Part shown: positions 57,910 through 64,000 of the stretch, in pieces | How positions within the stretch are numbered: the first letter of the stretch is position 1 | Layout of the letters: each line of letters opens with the position of its first letter | Origin: Heptranchias perlo | Lineage: Eukaryota | Length of the DNA: 64,000 nt | Reading direction: 5' to 3' | Assembly (NCBI RefSeq): GCF_035084215.1 | Contig: NC_090342.1 | Coordinates: 18,910,001 to 18,974,000 of the forward strand | Notes under the pieces: generated by a model | What the model was told of the DNA's origin: nothing | The model's input: the letters and a program-made list of their open reading frames with translations, nothing else | The model's database searches: none | Position numbers and translations under genes: made by a program

Positions 57910-60900
57910 GTAAGTATTGGCATAATGTTTCCATTCATCTGCATTTTATATTCATTTTTTAAAAAATCCTTTTAAATAGTTTTTTCCATGGTGTCTTTCT
58001 ACCATTTTATTTCCATTTATGCCCGACATAGACCATTTATTAAGAGGAGTAAACAGGTTGTAGATTCCTCTTTTGTTTTCAAAAGTTATGATCTTCTGCA
58101 ATTGCTAGCAGATGCATAATGTACTTTAGAGAAACAGTAATATTAATTGCTCTACTTAGTGGGTGTATCTTTTTATTTACTAGCTGAATAGTAACTAAAC
58201 CCGCCAAATGCCACAAGTATGTTCTTTTTTAATGCCTTTATAATGTTACCACACTTAGTAGCCAGAGGAATTATTTCATGTCATGAAAAAGTACAAGTGT
58301 TACATTCATCTGCATTATTTTACTTATTGCTAACTTTTTTGTGGTTATAATGTCCTTTATAAATCTTTCACTATATAACTTTGAATTCAATAGAGAGTTT
58401 AGAACAAGAATTAGTGCATCAAAAGAAATTTCACATTGTGTAATTAAACCTGGATATTAATGTATAAAATGGCTGCCAACCATTTTGTGCATTAAAATCC
58501 AGCACCCACCCTCTCTCCCTCTTGATTGACCCTTCTCCCCCTCTCGACCATGCCCGTCTCTCCCTCCCAATCGTTCCTCCCTTTCTCATTATTGGCCCCT
58601 CCCTCTCGATTGCCTCCACCCCTTTCCAGTTCCCAACTGAAGGCCCAAAATTTATATCTGCTGCACCAGCGAGCTGCCTGGGCAAGTGCAACAGGACTCT
58701 TCAGCTCGCCGGTCTAATTTAAATGAGGCCTGATGCCCAATATTGAGTGTGCCTTAGGCCTACCCGTTCCGGTGCAGGGATCGTTCCCAGTCCAGTTTGC
58801 CAGCACTTTCCAATTTCACCCCCATTGTATCAAAACATCCAATATATAGTATGAGATAAATCTTTTCTCTTTTTCCTAAATCAGAAACATCAGGAATTTG
58901 GATTGGGATCTACCATTCATGTCCAGAGTTTATAATTATATTGATAGTTAACTAAGCCAGATTAGTCACAGCAGGACCACAGTAAACACTGAATGGGGTA
59001 TAATTTACTTCCTACTTGAAGTTGAATTGGACACACAAGTGTATTATTTAGCAACATCTATGATAACAAATTTAGTACAGTCCCCACCGCTTATAACAGG
59101 CGGGCTGGTGTTAACACGATTTACCTGCTTTAAGTGGTGGACGGTAAAATCAAACTCCACTGATGTGAACCCTGCAGACTCTACTGGTCATTGAAATATG
59201 GATTGGTGTCTGAAGGAGCTTCCACTCAGTTCTTGTACTGACCTAGAGAAGTGCCAACAGAAAATGCAAGTCTGCCAGCAAAGAGAAAATTGTGGGAGAA
59301 ATATATGGCAGCACCGACACTTCCTGGAGTCCTGCAAACAATCTTTTTTATCCTAATAAAAATAGAGTGGGGAGCAACAAGTTATCGAGACAGACATTTT
59401 GTGACAAAAGTTTCTGAATCTGTATTTGGCCATTTTGGCTCTATTCCTACTAAATAATTAAAATGTCAGTCAGTTGTCTCTGGAGAGAGATGAGAGGCAA
59501 TTTGTAATACAAAAGGGAATATTAAAGTGCCCCTGACCACCTTCTTCTCACTATACTAAAAAAAGGTAAATATTAAAAAGTACGGGCAGAGTTTGAGATT
59601 GTACTACCTATGTATAGAATCATAGAATGGTTACAGCACAGAAGGAGGCCATCCAGCCCATCGAGTCCGTGCCGGCTCTCTGTAAGAGCAATCCAGCTAG
59701 TCCCATTCCCCCGCCCTATCCCCGTAGCCCTGCAAATTTTTTCCCTTCAAGTACTTATCCAATTCTTTTTTGAAAGCCACGATTGAATCTGCCTCCACCA
59801 CCCCCTCAGGCAGTGCATTCCAGATCATAACCGCTCGCTGTGTAAAAAAGTTTTTCCTCATGTCGCCTTTAGTTCTTTTGCCAATCATCTTAAGTCTATG
59901 TCCTCTGGTTCTTTACCCTTCCGCCAATGGGAATAGTTTCTCTCTATCTACTCTGTCTAGACCCTTCATGATTTTGAATACCTCTATCAAATCTTCTCTC
60001 AACCTTCTCTGCTCTAAGGAGAACAATCCCAGCTTCTCCAGTCCATCCACATAACTGAAGTCCCTCATCCCTGGAATAATTCTAGTAAATCTTTTCTGCA
60101 CCCTCTCTAAGACCTTCACATCCTTCCTAAAGTACAGTGCCCAGAACTGGACACAATACTCCAGTTGTGGCCGAAACAGTTTTATAAAGGTTCATCATAA
60201 CCTCCTTGCTTTTATACTCTATGCCTCTATATATAAAGCCCAGGATTGCGTATGCTTTTTTAACCGCTTTCTCAACCTGTCCTGCCATCTTCAACGATTT
60301 GTGCACATATACCCCCAGATCTCTCTGTTCCTGCACCCCTTTTAGAATTCTACCCTTTAGTTTATATTGCCTCGTTCTTCCTACCGAAATGTATCACTTC
60401 ACACTTTTCTGCGTTAAATTTAATCTGCCACGTGTCCGCCCATTCCACCAGCCTATCTATGTCCTCTTGAAGTCTATCACTATCCTTCTCACTGTTCACT
60501 ATACTTCCAAGTTTTGTGACATCTGCAAATTTTGAAATTGTGCTCTGTACATCCAAGTCCAAGTCACTAATATAGGTCAAAAAAAGCAATGGTCCTAGTA
60601 CCGACCCCTGGGGAACACCACTGTATACCTCCCACCAGTCTGAAAAACAAGTGTTCACCACAACTCTGTTTCCTATCACTTAGCCAATTTCATATCCATG
60701 CTGCCACTGCCTCTTTCATTCCATGGGCTTCAACTTTGATGACAAGCCTATTATGCGGCACTTTATCAAATGCCTTTTGAAAGTCCATATACACTACATC
60801 AACCGTATTGCCCTCATCCACCCTCTCTGTTACCTCATCAAAAAACTCCATCAAGTTGGTTAAACATGATTTGCCTTCAACAAATCCGTGCTGGCTTTCA

Positions 60901-61969
60901 TTAATTCATCCACACTTGTGCAAGTGACTGTTAATTTTGTCCCGAATTATCGTTTCTAAAAGTTTCCCTACTATTGAGGTTAAACTGACTGGCCTGTAGT
61001 TGCTGTGTTTATCCTTACAGCCTTTTTTGAACAAGGGTGTAATATATGCAATTCTCCAGTCCTCTGGCACCACCCCCATATCTAAGGATGACTGGAAGAT
61101 TATGGCTCGTGGGAATGTATCTAGACTGTACCCAAAACTTCTCCTCCTAAAAGGCTGCCCATTGTTCAATTCCAGTTTTGCCTGGCAGTCTTTGATTCCA
61201 ATTTACCCGGGCCAGATCCGTTCTCACCCCATTGAAATTGGCCCTCCTCCAATTGAGTATATTTACTTTAGAGTGGTCCGTGTCCTTTTCCGTGGCTATT
61301 ATAAACGTTATGATGCTATGATTGCTGTTCCCTAAATGTTCCCCCAGTGACACTTGCTCCAGTCAATTTCCACCCTTACTTCCCTCAGCAACCTAGGATG
61401 CATCCCATCTGGACCGGGTGACTTATCTACTTTAAGTATAGCTAGCCTTTCTAGTACCTCCTCTATCAATTTTTAGCCCATCTGAACTACCTCTTCATTT
61501 ACAGTGACTTTGGTAGCATCTTCTTCCTTGGTAAAGACAAATGCAAAGAACTCATTTTGTACCCTAGCCATGCCCTCTGCCTCCATGCGTGGAACTCCTT
61601 TTTGGTCCCTATTTGGTCCCACCGCTTCTCTTACTACCCGTTCACTGTTTATATGTCTATAGAAGACTTTTGGATTCCCTTTTATGTTAGCTGCCAGTCT
61701 ATTCTCATGGGGCTCGATGTTAGCAGGGCTGCGGGTTCGCGGCGGGGGGGCTATTGGGTGAGTGGGTAACGCGCCCAGTGAAATTAGTCAGCCACCCGCG
61801 CGATTGCAGCCCAATTGGATCCACTTACCTTGTCCTCCGGGTTCCCCACTGCTGATCTGCGCGTCGGGCGGGCTGCGCATGCACAGTAAGATCTGTCAGC
61901 TGGAGGAGCTCTATTTAAAGGGGCAGTCCTCCACTGACAGATGCTGCAACAAATAGAAAAAATTACAGC

Positions 61970-62214
61970 ATGGAGCAGCCCAGGGGGAAGGCTGTTCCCA
62001 GTTTAATGATGCCTCACTCCAGGTATCAATACATGGGGTGAGGAGGAGGGGTAGGACAGAGATCTTCCCCCCGGTGGGCGGGAGGAAGCGGCCTGCCTCT
62101 GCCACCAGGAAGGTCTGGCTCGAGGTGGCAGAGGAGGTCACCTACACCACCAACATATCGCGCACCTGCATACAGTGCAGGAGGCGCTCCAATGACCTCA
62201 GTAGGTCAGCCAAA
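61970..62214 (+). pseudogene. Harbinger Myb/SANT-like DNA-binding protein, first exon (frameshifted)
   Basis: MEQPRGKAVP...RRRGRTEIFP..GRKRP....RKVWLEVAEEV.....SRTCIQCRRRSNDLSRSAK followed by donor gtgagt. Confidence 0.7.
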
Positions 62215-62649
62215 GTGAGTTCACTTACTCATTCCCCTACACTCCATCTGCCACATCACCGCCCCCACCCCACACCTCCTTCTGCACTGCCAACACTACT
62301 CTGTCACATCACTCCTCATACCCACTCAAACCTCATCCTCATCTTACCTGCACTTACTCACCTCACCAGTACTCATCCCACCACTACCACTCAACCCAAT
62401 CCTCATACAATCTCATGGCTCTATCTCATACTCACCCTCTCGTGCATCTCTTTCACGGTCAGCCTCACTCAACCTGCCACTACCTGTGCTGCTGCCACAG
62501 GGCATGCATCACATATGTGCAGTAGGCAGCGTAAGGCAAATGTGTCGTGAGCATGAAGGGGATGCACAAGGGTGTTTGAGGGTTTGTCATGGTTGTTACT
62601 TATATTGAATTTCTGATCAACTCACATTACATATTATATTGGCACCACT

Positions 62650-63010
62650 ACTGCCACGTCTTTGCGAATCTTGTCTGGTTTGTGCAATAATGCCCTTTCC
62701 TGAGGATCACTATGAAGACCCACAACTGAGAGTGGGTGTAGGTGTATTTGCAGGGCTCTTTTGTGCAGACGTCGGCGATGTCCCCGGTGGCACCCTGGAA
62801 GGATGCGGAGGAGAAGTTGTTGAGGGCAGTGGTGACTTTGACAGCGACAGGTAAGAAGATGGTACTCGGGCCAGCCGGGAGCAGCTCGGCATGAAGGAGG
62901 CTGCAGATGTCCAAGATGACATGTCGAGTGACTCTGAGCCTCCGTGTGCACTGCTGCTCAGAGAGGTCCAGGAAGCTGAGCCTCGGTCTGTGGACCCTGT
63001 GCGACGCATC
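62650..63010 (-). pseudogene. Harbinger (HARBI1-like) transposase N-terminal remnant
   Basis: RVHRPRLSFLDLSEQQCTRRLRVTRHVILDICSLL...LPVAVKVTTALNNFSSASFQGATGDIADV resembles the HARBI1-family HTH region; catalytic DDE part absent. Confidence 0.78.
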
Positions 63011-64000
63011 TCTCTCTGCGGTAGCCCTCCCTCCTGCTGTACAGGTGGATGTGTCACAACGCTCTGTTGTGGAGCTCCACGTGTCAGAGGTGGACGGCGT
63101 GGATGGCGAGGCTGGTGATGCTGTTCGCCCTCCGAGGAGGTCATGACTGCAGCTACGGCGGCCCCCATCCGGAAGATGTGCATCTGAGGGGGTCCGCAAG
63201 GTAGGTACATGTCTCTGGACCCCGGGGTAAGTGTGCAAGTTGGTGACTTTGATTGTCAGGAGGAGAATGGTGGAGGCCAAACTTTGTCCCAAGTGACAGA
63301 GTGGCCTCCTGCAATGAGTGAGGGTCCCCCCCCCCCACACCCCGCACCTGTCAAATGGACCTTTGCAGCTGCCACAGGCTGACAGCTGCAGCACATCCAT
63401 TTGAACTGGGAGTGTTTCCCCCAGTATGGGAAGCAGTCCCAGTTTTCTATAAAATCCCACCCCTCCTCACATAATCCCTTAATCAGGTCAGTTAATGACC
63501 TGAACAAGCAAGATAAATACTTTTAAGTGGCATCCCGCTGGCTTTAATTGCCTGCGGGATTCCCACCAGCGGGGGCTGTGCGCGCACGCCGGCGCGTCAG
63601 TGGGGAACCCGGAAGTGGGTGGGTTGGAGCCGGGCTCCGGTCCCGCTCCGGGATTCTCCGATTTTCGGAGCCCCCCCGCCAGGAACGCACCAGATAGCGG
63701 GTGCTAAAATGATGCCCATGGTCTCTCTTTGCCCCTCGTATTTGCTTTTTCGCTTCCCCTCTAAACTTCCTATATTCAGCTTGGTTCTCACTTGTATTAT
63801 CAACCTGACATCTGTCACACGCCTCTTTTTTTCTGCTTCATCTTACTTTCTATCTCTTTTGTCATCCAAGGAGCTCTGGTTTTAGTTGCCCTACCTTTCT
63901 CCCTCGTGGGAATGTATCTAGACTGTACCCAAAACATCTCCTCTTTAAAGGCTGCCCATTGTTCAATTTCAGTTTTGCCTGCCAGTCTTTGATTCCAATT

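Larger units (their letters stand above)
61710..63717. mobile_element. Internally deleted PIF/Harbinger DNA transposon
   Basis: Imperfect TIRs GGGCTCGATGTTAGCA / TGCTAAAATGATGCCC, 3-bp ATG duplication (61707-61709, 63718-63720); convergent Myb-like and transposase remnants. Confidence 0.85.
59615..64000 (-). mobile_element. Long decayed CR1 LINE, interrupted by a Harbinger element and running off the window
   Basis: Frameshifted RT fragments (SNYRPVSLTS, SGVPQGSVLGP, SKFAD); tagaatcatagaat tail; host sequence resumes after 63720. Confidence 0.9.

Noticed and set aside
62215-62550. His/Pro/Thr-rich C-terminal half of the 170-aa ORF 62038-62550
   Set aside because: Read-through past the gtgagt donor into low-complexity intron sequence of the Harbinger Myb gene

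Overview
This is eukaryotic genomic DNA, about half of it transposon-derived. The repeat repertoire (CR1 LINEs, Deu-domain SINEs, Penelope-like elements, Harbinger MITEs) points to a cartilaginous fish (inference). Three host genes can be reconstructed by hand from splice sites and exon phases. (1) METTL25 exons 1-2 lie on the minus strand, and the gene runs off the left edge. (2) A complete 4-exon CCDC59/TAP26 (213 aa) lies on the plus strand, head-to-head with METTL25 across a 314-bp CpG-rich spacer. (3) A gene I cannot name lies on the plus strand: 14 phase-compatible coding exons (31428-57909, 579 codons, no stop yet) encoding two calponin-homology-like domains, a coiled-coil/unknown region and the start of ankyrin repeats. 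Mobile DNA includes a near-intact full-length CR1 LINE (23841-28575) with tandem 5' monomers and a UUUAAAC/UAAUG ORF1-ORF2 junction. It also includes Penelope-like elements carrying minimal hammerhead ribozymes with covarying stems, two PIF/Harbinger derivatives, several MITEs, a probable solo LTR, and many truncated CR1/L2/SINE copies, several of them nested. All family assignments come from recalled motifs; no database searches were run. Repeat boundaries without a TSD or TIR are approximate.
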